Positions 1-11,407 of a stretch of 64,000 bases of DNA are shown piece after piece; the first letter of the stretch is position 1, and every line of letters starts with the position of its first letter. The translations under genes and the position numbers were made by a program. The stretch comes from Flectonema sp. DT1601 (lineage: Eukaryota): positions 1-64,000 of the forward strand of contig OZ025806.1 of assembly GCA_964019425.1 (NCBI GenBank), read 5' to 3'. The notes below the pieces were generated by a model. That model searched no databases and had not been told where the DNA came from. It saw only the letters and a program-made list of their open reading frames with translations.

Positions 1-3000
1 GGTTTGCGGGTTTGCGGGTTTGCGGGTTTGCGGGTTTGCGGGTTTGCGGGTTTGCGGGTTTGCGGGTTTGCGGGTTTGCGGGTTTGCGGGTTTGCGGGTT
101 TGCGGGTTTGCGGGTTTGCGGGTTTGCGGGTTTGCGGGTTTGCGGGTTTGCGGGTTTGCGGGTTTAGCGGGTTTGCGGGTTTGCGGGTTTGCGGGTTTGC
201 GGGTTTGCGGGTTTGCGGGTTTGCGGGTTTGCGGGTTTGCGGGTTTGCGGGTTTGCGGGTTTGCGGGTTTGCGGGTTTGCGGGTTTGCGGGTTTGCGGGT
301 TTGCGGGTTTGCGGGTTTGCGGGTTTGCGGGTTTGCGGGTTTGCGGGTTTGCGGGTTTGCGGGTTTGCGGGTTTGCGGGTTTGCGGGTTTGCGGGTTTGC
401 GGGTTTGCGGGTTTGCGGGTTTGCGGGTTTGCGGGTTTGCGGGTTTGCGGGTTTGCGGGTTTGCGGGTTTGCGGGTTTGCGGGTTTGCGGGTTTGCGGGT
501 TTGCGGGTTTGCGGGTTTGCGGGTTTGCGGGTTTGCGGGTTTGCGGGTTTGCGGGTTTGCGGGTTTGCGGGTTTGCGGGTTTGCGGGTTTGCGGGTTTGC
601 GGGTTTGCGGGTTTGCGGGTTTGCGGGTTTGCGGGTTTGCGGGTTTGCGGGTTTGCGGGTTTGCGGGTTTGCGGGTTTGCGGGTTTGCGGGTTTGCGGGT
701 TTGCGGGTTTGCGGGTTTGCGGGTTTGCGGGTTTGCGGGTTTGCGGGTTTGCGGGTTTGCGGGTTTGCGGGTTTGCGGGTTTGCGGGTTTGCGGGTTTGC
801 GGGTTTGCGGGTTTGCGGGTTTGCGGGTTTGCGGGTTTGCGGGTTTGCGGGTTTGCGGGTTTGCGGGTTTGCGGGTTTGCGGGTTTGCGGGTTTGCGGGT
901 TTGCGGGTTTGCGGGTTTGCGGGTTTGCGGGTTTGCGGGTTTGCGGGTTTGCGGGTTTGCGGGTTTGCGGGTTTGCGGGTTTGCGGGTTTGCGGGTTTGC
1001 GGGTTTGCGGGTTTGCGGGTTTGCGGGTTTGCGGGTTTGCGGGTTTGCGGGTTTGCGGGTTTGCGGGTTTGCGGGTTTGCGGGTTTGCGGGTTTGCGGGT
1101 TTGCGGGTTTGCGGGTTTGCGGGTTTGCGGGTTTGCGGGTTTGCGGGTTTGCGGGTTTGCGGGTTTGCGGGTTTGCGGGTTTGCGGGTTTGCGGGTTTGC
1201 GGGTTTGCGGGTTTGCGGGTTTGCGGGTTTGCGGGTTTGCGGGTTTGCGGGTTTGCGGGTTTGCGGGTTTGCGGGTTTGCGGGTTTGCGGGTTTGCGGGT
1301 TTGCGGGTTTGCGGGTTTGCGGGTTTGCGGGTTTGCGGGTTTGCGGGTTTGCGGGTTTGCGGGTTTGCGGGTTTGCGGGTTTGCGGGTTTGCGGGTTTGC
1401 GGGTTTGCGGGTTTGCGGGTTTGCGGGTTTGCGGGTTTGCGGGTTTGCGGGTTTGCGGGTTTGCGGGTTTGCGGGTTTGCGGGTTTGCGGGTTTGCGGGT
1501 TTGCGGGTTTGCGGGTTTGCGGGTTTGCGGGTTTGCGGGTTTGCGGGTTTGCGGGTTTGCGGGTTTGCGGGTTTGCGGGTTTGCGGGTTTGCGGGTTTGC
1601 GGGTTTGCGGGTTTGCGGGTTTGCGGGTTTGCGGGTTTGCGGGTTTGCGGGTTTGCGGGTTTGCGGGTTTGCGGGTTTGCGGGTTTGCGGGTTTGCGGGT
1701 TTGCGGGTTTGCGGGTTTGCGGGTTTGCGGGTTTGCGGGTTTGCGGGTTTGCGGGTTTGCGGGTTTGCGGGTTTGCGGGTTTGCGGGTTTGCGGGTTTGC
1801 GGGTTTGCGGGTTTGCGGGTTTGCGGGTTTGCGGGTTTGCGGGTTTGCGGGTTTGCGGGTTTGCGGGTTTGCGGGTTTGCGGGTTTGCGGGTTTGCGGGT
1901 TTGCGGGTTTGCGGGTTTGCGGGTTTGCGGGTTTGCGGGTTTGCGGGTTTGCGGGTTTGCGGGTTTGCGGGTTTGCGGGTTTGCGGGTTTGCGGGTTTGC
2001 GGGTTTGCGGGTTTGCGGGTTTGCGGGTTTGCGGGTTTGCGGGTTTGCGGGTTTGCGGGTTTGCGGGTTTGCGGGTTTGCGGGTTTGCGGGTTTGCGGGT
2101 TTGCGGGTTTGCGGGTTTGCGGGTTTGCGGGTTTGCGGGTTTGCGGGTTTGCGGGTTTGCGGGTTTGCGGGTTTGCGGGTTTGCGGGTTTGCGGGTTTGC
2201 GGGTTTGCGGGTTTGCGGGTTTGCGGGTTTGCGGGTTTGCGGGTTTGCGGGTTTGCGGGTTTGCGGGTTTGCGGGTTTGCGGGTTTGCGGGTTTGCGGGT
2301 TTGCGGGTTTGCGGGTTTGCGGGTTTGCGGGTTTGCGGGTTTGCGGGTTTGCGGGTTTGCGGGTTTGCGGGTTTGCGGGTTTGCGGGTTTGCGGGTTTGC
2401 GGGTTTGCGGGTTTGCGGGTTTGCGGGTTTGCGGGTTTGCGGGTTTGCGGGTTTGCGGGTTTGCGGGTTTGCGGGTTTGCGGGTTTGCGGGTTTGCGGGT
2501 TTGCGGGTTTGCGGGTTTGCGGGTTTGCGGGTTTGCGGGTTTGCGGGTTTGCGGGTTTGCGGGTTTGCGGGTTTGCGGGTTTGCGGGTTTGCGGGTTTGC
2601 GGGTTTGCGGGTTTGCGGGTTTGCGGGTTTGCGGGTTTGCGGGTTTGCGGGTTTGCGGGTTTGCGGGTTTGCGGGTTTGCGGGTTTGCGGGTTTGCGGGT
2701 TTGCGGGTTTGCGGGTTTGCGGGTTTGCGGGTTTGCGGGTTTGCGGGTTTGCGGGTTTGCGGGTTTGCGGGTTTGCGGGTTTGCGGGTTTGCGGGTTTGC
2801 GGGTTTGCGGGTTTGCGGGTTTGCGGGTTTGCGGGTTTGCGGGTTTGCGGGTTTGCGGGTTTGCGGGTTTGCGGGTTTGCGGGTTTGCGGGTTTGCGGGT
2901 TTGCGGGTTTGCGGGTTTGCGGGTTTGCGGGTTTGCGGGTTTGCGGGTTTGCGGGTTTGCGGGTTTGCGGGTTTGCGGGTTTGCGGGTTTGCGGGTTTGC

Positions 3001-6000
3001 GGGTTTGCGGGTTTGCGGGTTTGCGGGTTTGCGGGTTTGCGGGTTTGCGGGTTTGCGGGTTTGCGGGTTTGCGGGTTTGCGGGTTTGCGGGTTTGCGGGT
3101 TTGCGGGTTTGCGGGTTTGCGGGTTTGCGGGTTTGCGGGTTTGCGGGTTTGCGGGTTTGCGGGTTTGCGGGTTTGCGGGTTTGCGGGTTTGCGGGTTTGC
3201 GGGTTTGCGGGTTTGCGGGTTTGCGGGTTTGCGGGTTTGCGGGTTTGCGGGTTTGCGGGTTTGCGGGTTTGCGGGTTTGCGGGTTTGCGGGTTTGCGGGT
3301 TTGCGGGTTTGCGGGTTTGCGGGTTTGCGGGTTTGCGGGTTTGCGGGTTTGCGGGTTTGCGGGTTTGCGGGTTTGCGGGTTTGCGGGTTTGCGGGTTTGC
3401 GGGTTTGCGGGTTTGCGGGTTTGCGGGTTTGCGGGTTTGCGGGTTTGCGGGTTTGCGGGTTTGCGGGTTTGCGGGTTTGCGGGTTTGCGGGTTTGCGGGT
3501 TTGCGGGTTTGCGGGTTTGCGGGTTTGCGGGTTTGCGGGTTTGCGGGTTTGCGGGTTTGCGGGTTTGCGGGTTTGCGGGTTTGCGGGTTTGCGGGTTTGC
3601 GGGTTTGCGGGTTTGCGGGTTTGCGGGTTTGCGGGTTTGCGGGTTTGCGGGTTTGCGGGTTTGCGGGTTTGCGGGTTTGCGGGTTTGCGGGTTTGCGGGT
3701 TTGCGGGTTTGCGGGTTTGCGGGTTTGCGGGTTTGCGGGTTTGCGGGTTTGCGGGTTTGCGGGTTTGCGGGTTTGCGGGTTTGCGGGTTTGCGGGTTTGC
3801 GGGTTTGCGGGTTTGCGGGTTTGCGGGTTTGCGGGTTTGCGGGTTTGCGGGTTTGCGGGTTTGCGGGTTTGCGGGTTTGCGGGTTTGCGGGTTTGCGGGT
3901 TTGCGGGTTTGCGGGTTTGCGGGTTTGCGGGTTTGCGGGTTTGCGGGTTTGCGGGTTTGCGGGTTTGCGGGTTTGCGGGTTTGCGGGTTTGCGGGTTTGC
4001 GGGTTTGCGGGTTTGCGGGTTTGCGGGTTTGCGGGTTTGCGGGTTTGCGGGTTTGCGGGTTTGCGGGTTTGCGGGTTTGCGGGTTTGCGGGTTTGCGGGT
4101 TTGCGGGTTTGCGGGTTTGCGGGTTTGCGGGTTTGCGGGTTTGCGGGTTTGCGGGTTTGCGGGTTTGCGGGTTTGCGGGTTTGCGGGTTTGCGGGTTTGC
4201 GGGTTTGCGGGTTTGCGGGTTTGCGGGTTTGCGGGTTTGCGGGTTTGCGGGTTTGCGGGTTTGCGGGTTTGCGGGTTTGCGGGTTTGCGGGTTTGCGGGT
4301 TTGCGGGTTTGCGGGTTTGCGGGTTTGCGGGTTTGCGGGTTTGCGGGTTTGCGGGTTTGCGGGTTTGCGGGTTTGCGGGTTTGCGGGTTTGCGGGTTTGC
4401 GGGTTTGCGGGTTTGCGGGTTTGCGGGTTTGCGGGTTTGCGGGTTTGCGGGTTTGCGGGTTTGCGGGTTTGCGGGTTTGCGGGTTTGCGGGTTTGCGGGT
4501 TTGCGGGTTTGCGGGTTTGCGGGTTTGCGGGTTTGCGGGTTTGCGGGTTTGCGGGTTTGCGGGTTTGCGGGTTTGCGGGTTTGCGGGTTTGCGGGTTTGC
4601 GGGTTTGCGGGTTTGCGGGTTTGCGGGTTTGCGGGTTTGCGGGTTTGCGGGTTTGCGGGTTTGCGGGTTTGCGGGTTTGCGGGTTTGCGGGTTTGCGGGT
4701 TTGCGGGTTTGCGGGTTTGCGGGTTTGCGGGTTTGCGGGTTTGCGGGTTTGCGGGTTTGCGGGTTTGCGGGTTTGCGGGTTTGCGGGTTTGCGGGTTTGC
4801 GGGTTTGCGGGTTTGCGGGTTTGCGGGTTTGCGGGTTTGCGGGTTTGCGGGTTTGCGGGTTTGCGGGTTTGCGGGTTTGCGGGTTTGCGGGTTTGCGGGT
4901 TTGCGGGTTTGCGGGTTTGCGGGTTTGCGGGTTTGCGGGTTTGCGGGTTTGCGGGTTTGCGGGTTTGCGGGTTTGCGGGTTTGCGGGTTTGCGGGTTTGC
5001 GGGTTTGCGGGTTTGCGGGTTTGCGGGTTTGCGGGTTTGCGGGTTTGCGGGTTTGCGGGTTTGCGGGTTTGCGGGTTTGCGGGTTTGCGGGTTTGCGGGT
5101 TTGCGGGTTTGCGGGTTTGCGGGTTTGCGGGTTTGCGGGTTTGCGGGTTTGCGGGTTTGCGGGTTTGCGGGTTTGCGGGTTTGCGGGTTTGCGGGTTTGC
5201 GGGTTTGCGGGTTTGCGGGTTTGCGGGTTTGCGGGTTTGCGGGTTTGCGGGTTTGCGGGTTTGCGGGTTTGCGGGTTTGCGGGTTTGCGGGTTTGCGGGT
5301 TTGCGGGTTTGCGGGTTTGCGGGTTTGCGGGTTTGCGGGTTTGCGGGTTTGCGGGTTTGCGGGTTTGCGGGTTTGCGGGTTTGCGGGTTTGCGGGTTTGC
5401 GGGTTTGCGGGTTTGCGGGTTTGCGGGTTTGCGGGTTTGCGGGTTTGCGGGTTTGCGGGTTTGCGGGTTTGCGGGTTTGCGGGTTTGCGGGTTTGCGGGT
5501 TTGCGGGTTTGCGGGTTTGCGGGTTTGCGGGTTTGCGGGTTTGCGGGTTTGCGGGTTTGCGGGTTTGCGGGTTTGCGGGTTTGCGGGTTTGCGGGTTTGC
5601 GGGTTTGCGGGTTTGCGGGTTTGCGGGTTTGCGGGTTTGCGGGTTTGCGGGTTTGCGGGTTTGCGGGTTTGCGGGTTTGCGGGTTTGCGGGTTTGCGGGT
5701 TTGCGGGTTTGCGGGTTTGCGGGTTTGCGGGTTTGCGGGTTTGCGGGTTTGCGGGTTTGCGGGTTTGCGGGTTTGCGGGTTTGCGGGTTTGCGGGTTTGC
5801 GGGTTTGCGGGTTTGCGGGTTTGCGGGTTTGCGGGTTTGCGGGTTTGCGGGTTTGCGGGTTTGCGGGTTTGCGGGTTTGCGGGTTTGCGGGTTTGCGGGT
5901 TTGCGGGTTTGCGGGTTTGCGGGTTTGCGGGTTTGCGGGTTTGCGGGTTTGCGGGTTTGCGGGTTTGCGGGTTTGCGGGTTTGCGGGTTTGCGGGTTTGC

Positions 6001-9000
6001 GGGTTTGCGGGTTTGCGGGTTTGCGGGTTTGCGGGTTTGCGGGTTTGCGGGTTTGCGGGTTTGCGGGTTTGCGGGTTTGCGGGTTTGCGGGTTTGCGGGT
6101 TTGCGGGTTTGCGGGTTTGCGGGTTTGCGGGTTTGCGGGTTTGCGGGTTTGCGGGTTTGCGGGTTTGCGGGTTTGCGGGTTTGCGGGTTTGCGGGTTTGC
6201 GGGTTTGCGGGTTTGCGGGTTTGCGGGTTTGCGGGTTTGCGGGTTTGCGGGTTTGCGGGTTTGCGGGTTTGCGGGTTTGCGGGTTTGCGGGTTTGCGGGT
6301 TTGCGGGTTTGCGGGTTTGCGGGTTTGCGGGTTTGCGGGTTTGCGGGTTTGCGGGTTTGCGGGTTTGCGGGTTTGCGGGTTTGCGGGTTTGCGGGTTTGC
6401 GGGTTTGCGGGTTTGCGGGTTTGCGGGTTTGCGGGTTTGCGGGTTTGCGGGTTTGCGGGTTTGCGGGTTTGCGGGTTTGCGGGTTTGCGGGTTTGCGGGT
6501 TTGCGGGTTTGCGGGTTTGCGGGTTTGCGGGTTTGCGGGTTTGCGGGTTTGCGGGTTTGCGGGTTTGCGGGTTTGCGGGTTTGCGGGTTTGCGGGTTTGC
6601 GGGTTTGCGGGTTTGCGGGTTTGCGGGTTTGCGGGTTTGCGGGTTTGCGGGTTTGCGGGTTTGCGGGTTTGCGGGTTTGCGGGTTTGCGGGTTTGCGGGT
6701 TTGCGGGTTTGCGGGTTTGCGGGTTTGCGGGTTTGCGGGTTTGCGGGTTTGCGGGTTTGCGGGTTTGCGGGTTTGCGGGTTTGCGGGTTTGCGGGTTTGC
6801 GGGTTTGCGGGTTTGCGGGTTTGCGGGTTTGCGGGTTTGCGGGTTTGCGGGTTTGCGGGTTTGCGGGTTTGCGGGTTTGCGGGTTTGCGGGTTTGCGGGT
6901 TTGCGGGTTTGCGGGTTTGCGGGTTTGCGGGTTTGCGGGTTTGCGGGTTTGCGGGTTTGCGGGTTTGCGGGTTTGCGGGTTTGCGGGTTTGCGGGTTTGC
7001 GGGTTTGCGGGTTTGCGGGTTTGCGGGTTTGCGGGTTTGCGGGTTTGCGGGTTTGCGGGTTTGCGGGTTTGCGGGTTTGCGGGTTTGCGGGTTTGCGGGT
7101 TTGCGGGTTTGCGGGTTTGCGGGTTTGCGGGTTTGCGGGTTTGCGGGTTTGCGGGTTTGCGGGTTTGCGGGTTTGCGGGTTTGCGGGTTTGCGGGTTTGC
7201 GGGTTTGCGGGTTTGCGGGTTTGCGGGTTTGCGGGTTTGCGGGTTTGCGGGTTTGCGGGTTTGCGGGTTTGCGGGTTTGCGGGTTTGCGGGTTTGCGGGT
7301 TTGCGGGTTTGCGGGTTTGCGGGTTTGCGGGTTTGCGGGTTTGCGGGTTTGCGGGTTTGCGGGTTTGCGGGTTTGCGGGTTTGCGGGTTTGCGGGTTTGC
7401 GGGTTTGCGGGTTTGCGGGTTTGCGGGTTTGCGGGTTTGCGGGTTTGCGGGTTTGCGGGTTTGCGGGTTTGCGGGTTTGCGGGTTTGCGGGTTTGCGGGT
7501 TTGCGGGTTTGCGGGTTTGCGGGTTTGCGGGTTTGCGGGTTTGCGGGTTTGCGGGTTTGCGGGTTTGCGGGTTTGCGGGTTTGCGGGTTTGCGGGTTTGC
7601 GGGTTTGCGGGTTTGCGGGTTTGCGGGTTTGCGGGTTTGCGGGTTTGCGGGTTTGCGGGTTTGCGGGTTTGCGGGTTTGCGGGTTTGCGGGTTTGCGGGT
7701 TTGCGGGTTTGCGGGTTTGCGGGTTTGCGGGTTTGCGGGTTTGCGGGTTTGCGGGTTTGCGGGTTTGCGGGTTTGCGGGTTTGCGGGTTTGCGGGTTTGC
7801 GGGTTTGCGGGTTTGCGGGTTTGCGGGTTTGCGGGTTTGCGGGTTTGCGGGTTTGCGGGTTTGCGGGTTTGCGGGTTTGCGGGTTTGCGGGTTTGCGGGT
7901 TTGCGGGTTTGCGGGTTTGCGGGTTTGCGGGTTTGCGGGTTTGCGGGTTTGCGGGTTTGCGGGTTTGCGGGTTTGCGGGTTTGCGGGTTTGCGGGTTTGC
8001 GGGTTTGCGGGTTTGCGGGTTTGCGGGTTTGCGGGTTTGCGGGTTTGCGGGTTTGCGGGTTTGCGGGTTTGCGGGTTTGCGGGTTTGCGGGTTTGCGGGT
8101 TTGCGGGTTTGCGGGTTTGCGGGTTTGCGGGTTTGCGGGTTTGCGGGTTTGCGGGTTTGCGGGTTTGCGGGTTTGCGGGTTTGCGGGTTTGCGGGTTTGC
8201 GGGTTTGCGGGTTTGCGGGTTTGCGGGTTTGCGGGTTTGCGGGTTTGCGGGTTTGCGGGTTTGCGGGTTTGCGGGTTTGCGGGTTTGCGGGTTTGCGGGT
8301 TTGCGGGTTTGCGGGTTTGCGGGTTTGCGGGTTTGCGGGTTTGCGGGTTTGCGGGTTTGCGGGTTTGCGGGTTTGCGGGTTTGCGGGTTTGCGGGTTTGC
8401 GGGTTTGCGGGTTTGCGGGTTTGCGGGTTTGCGGGTTTGCGGGTTTGCGGGTTTGCGGGTTTGCGGGTTTGCGGGTTTGCGGGTTTGCGGGTTTGCGGGT
8501 TTGCGGGTTTGCGGGTTTGCGGGTTTGCGGGTTTGCGGGTTTGCGGGTTTGCGGGTTTGCGGGTTTGCGGGTTTGCGGGTTTGCGGGTTTGCGGGTTTGC
8601 GGGTTTGCGGGTTTGCGGGTTTGCGGGTTTGCGGGTTTGCGGGTTTGCGGGTTTGCGGGTTTGCGGGTTTGCGGGTTTGCGGGTTTGCGGGTTTGCGGGT
8701 TTGCGGGTTTGCGGGTTTGCGGGTTTGCGGGTTTGCGGGTTTGCGGGTTTGCGGGTTTGCGGGTTTGCGGGTTTGCGGGTTTGCGGGTTTGCGGGTTTGC
8801 GGGTTTGCGGGTTTGCGGGTTTGCGGGTTTGCGGGTTTGCGGGTTTGCGGGTTTGCGGGTTTGCGGGTTTGCGGGTTTGCGGGTTTGCGGGTTTGCGGGT
8901 TTGCGGGTTTGCGGGTTTGCGGGTTTGCGGGTTTGCGGGTTTGCGGGTTTGCGGGTTTGCGGGTTTGCGGGTTTGCGGGTTTGCGGGTTTGCGGGTTTGC

Positions 9001-11262
9001 GGGTTTGCGGGTTTGCGGGTTTGCGGGTTTGCGGGTTTGCGGGTTTGCGGGTTTGCGGGTTTGCGGGTTTGCGGGTTTGCGGGTTTGCGGGTTTGCGGGT
9101 TTGCGGGTTTGCGGGTTTGCGGGTTTGCGGGTTTGCGGGTTTGCGGGTTTGCGGGTTTGCGGGTTTGCGGGTTTGCGGGTTTGCGGGTTTGCGGGTTTGC
9201 GGGTTTGCGGGTTTGCGGGTTTGCGGGTTTGCGGGTTTGCGGGTTTGCGGGTTTGCGGGTTTGCGGGTTTGCGGGTTTGCGGGTTTGCGGGTTTGCGGGT
9301 TTGCGGGTTTGCGGGTTTGCGGGTTTGCGGGTTTGCGGGTTTGCGGGTTTGCGGGTTTGCGGGTTTGCGGGTTTGCGGGTTTGCGGGTTTGCGGGTTTGC
9401 GGGTTTGCGGGTTTGCGGGTTTGCGGGTTTGCGGGTTTGCGGGTTTGCGGGTTTGCGGGTTTGCGGGTTTGCGGGTTTGCGGGTTTGCGGGTTTGCGGGT
9501 TTGCGGGTTTGCGGGTTTGCGGGTTTGCGGGTTTGCGGGTTTGCGGGTTTGCGGGTTTGCGGGTTTGCGGGTTTGCGGGTTTGCGGGTTTGCGGGTTTGC
9601 GGGTTTGCGGGTTTGCGGGTTTGCGGGTTTGCGGGTTTGCGGGTTTGCGGGTTTGCGGGTTTGCGGGTTTGCGGGTTTGCGGGTTTGCGGGTTTGCGGGT
9701 TTGCGGGTTTGCGGGTTTGCGGGTTTGCGGGTTTGCGGGTTTGCGGGTTTGCGGGTTTGCGGGTTTGCGGGTTTGCGGGTTTGCGGGTTTGCGGGTTTGC
9801 GGGTTTGCGGGTTTGCGGGTTTGCGGGTTTGCGGGTTTGCGGGTTTGCGGGTTTGCGGGTTTGCGGGTTTGCGGGTTTGCGGGTTTGCGGGTTTGCGGGT
9901 TTGCGGGTTTGCGGGTTTGCGGGTTTGCGGGTTTGCGGGTTTGCGGGTTTGCGGGTTTGCGGGTTTGCGGGTTTGCGGGTTTGCGGGTTTGCGGGTTTGC
10001 GGGTTTGCGGGTTTGCGGGTTTGCGGGTTTGCGGGTTTGCGGGTTTGCGGGTTTGCGGGTTTGCGGGTTTGCGGGTTTGCGGGTTTGCGGGTTTGCGGGT
10101 TTGCGGGTTTGCGGGTTTGCGGGTTTGCGGGTTTGCGGGTTTGCGGGTTTGCGGGTTTGCGGGTTTGCGGGTTTGCGGGTTTGCGGGTTTGCGGGTTTGC
10201 GGGTTTGCGGGTTTGCGGGTTTGCGGGTTTGCGGGTTTGCGGGTTTGCGGGTTTGCGGGTTTGCGGGTTTGCGGGTTTGCGGGTTTGCGGGTTTGCGGGT
10301 TTGCGGGTTTGCGGGTTTGCGGGTTTGCGGGTTTGCGGGTTTGCGGGTTTGCGGGTTTGCGGGTTTGCGGGTTTGCGGGTTTGCGGGTTTGCGGGTTTGC
10401 GGGTTTGCGGGTTTGCGGGTTTGCGGGTTTGCGGGTTTGCGGGTTTGCGGGTTTGCGGGTTTGCGGGTTTGCGGGTTTGCGGGTTTGCGGGTTTGCGGGT
10501 TTGCGGGTTTGCGGGTTTGCGGGTTTGCGGGTTTGCGGGTTTGCGGGTTTGCGGGTTTGCGGGTTTGCGGGTTTGCGGGTTTGCGGGTTTGCGGGTTTGC
10601 GGGTTTGCGGGTTTGCGGGTTTGCGGGTTTGCGGGTTTGCGGGTTTGCGGGTTTGCGGGTTTGCGGGTTTGCGGGTTTGCGGGTTTGCGGGTTTGCGGGT
10701 TTGCGGGTTTGCGGGTTTGCGGGTTTGCGGGTTTGCGGGTTTGCGGGTTTGCGGGTTTGCGGGTTTGCGGGTTTGCGGGTTTGCGGGTTTGCGGGTTTGC
10801 GGGTTTGCGGGTTTGCGGGTTTGCGGGTTTGCGGGTTTGCGGGTTTGCGGGTTTGCGGGTTTGCGGGTTTGCGGGTTTGCGGGTTTGCGGGTTTGCGGGT
10901 TTGCGGGTTTGCGGGTTTGCGGGTTTGCGGGTTTGCGGGTTTGCGGGTTTGCGGGTTTGCGGGTTTGCGGGTTTGCGGGTTTGCGGGTTTGCGGGTTTGC
11001 GGGTTTGCGGGTTTGCGGGTTTGCGGGTTTGCGGGTTTGCGGGTTTGCGGGTTTGCGGGTTTGCGGGTTTGCGGGTTTGCGGGTTTGCGGGTTTGCGGGT
11101 TTGCGGGTTTGCGGGTTTGCGGGTTTGCGGGTTTGCGGGTTTGCGGGTTTGCGGGTTTGCGGGTTTGCGGGTTTGCGGGTTTGCGGGTTTGCGGGTTTGC
11201 GGGTTTGCGGGTTTGCGGGTTTGCGGGTTTGCGGGTTTGCGGGTTTGCGGGTTTGCGGGTTT
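1..11262 (+). repeat. (GGGTTTGC)n tandem array, ~1,400 copies; telomere-like satellite, open at window start
   Basis: Continuous 8-mer repeat; the only variant seen is an inserted A at 166 (GGTTTAGCGG). Ends GCGGGTTT|TCCACCACG. Confidence 0.99.
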
Positions 11263-11407
11263 TCCACCACGAAAAAAAATTCGCAGAAAAGATTTAGTAG
11301 CAGAGTGGGGCTGGGGCTCGGTCTTAGCTTTAACGTTAACATAGGAGCGGCGAAAATTACGTCTTTCGGGGTGAAAAGCCAAAAAAAAAAATACATTAAT
11401 AATATAT

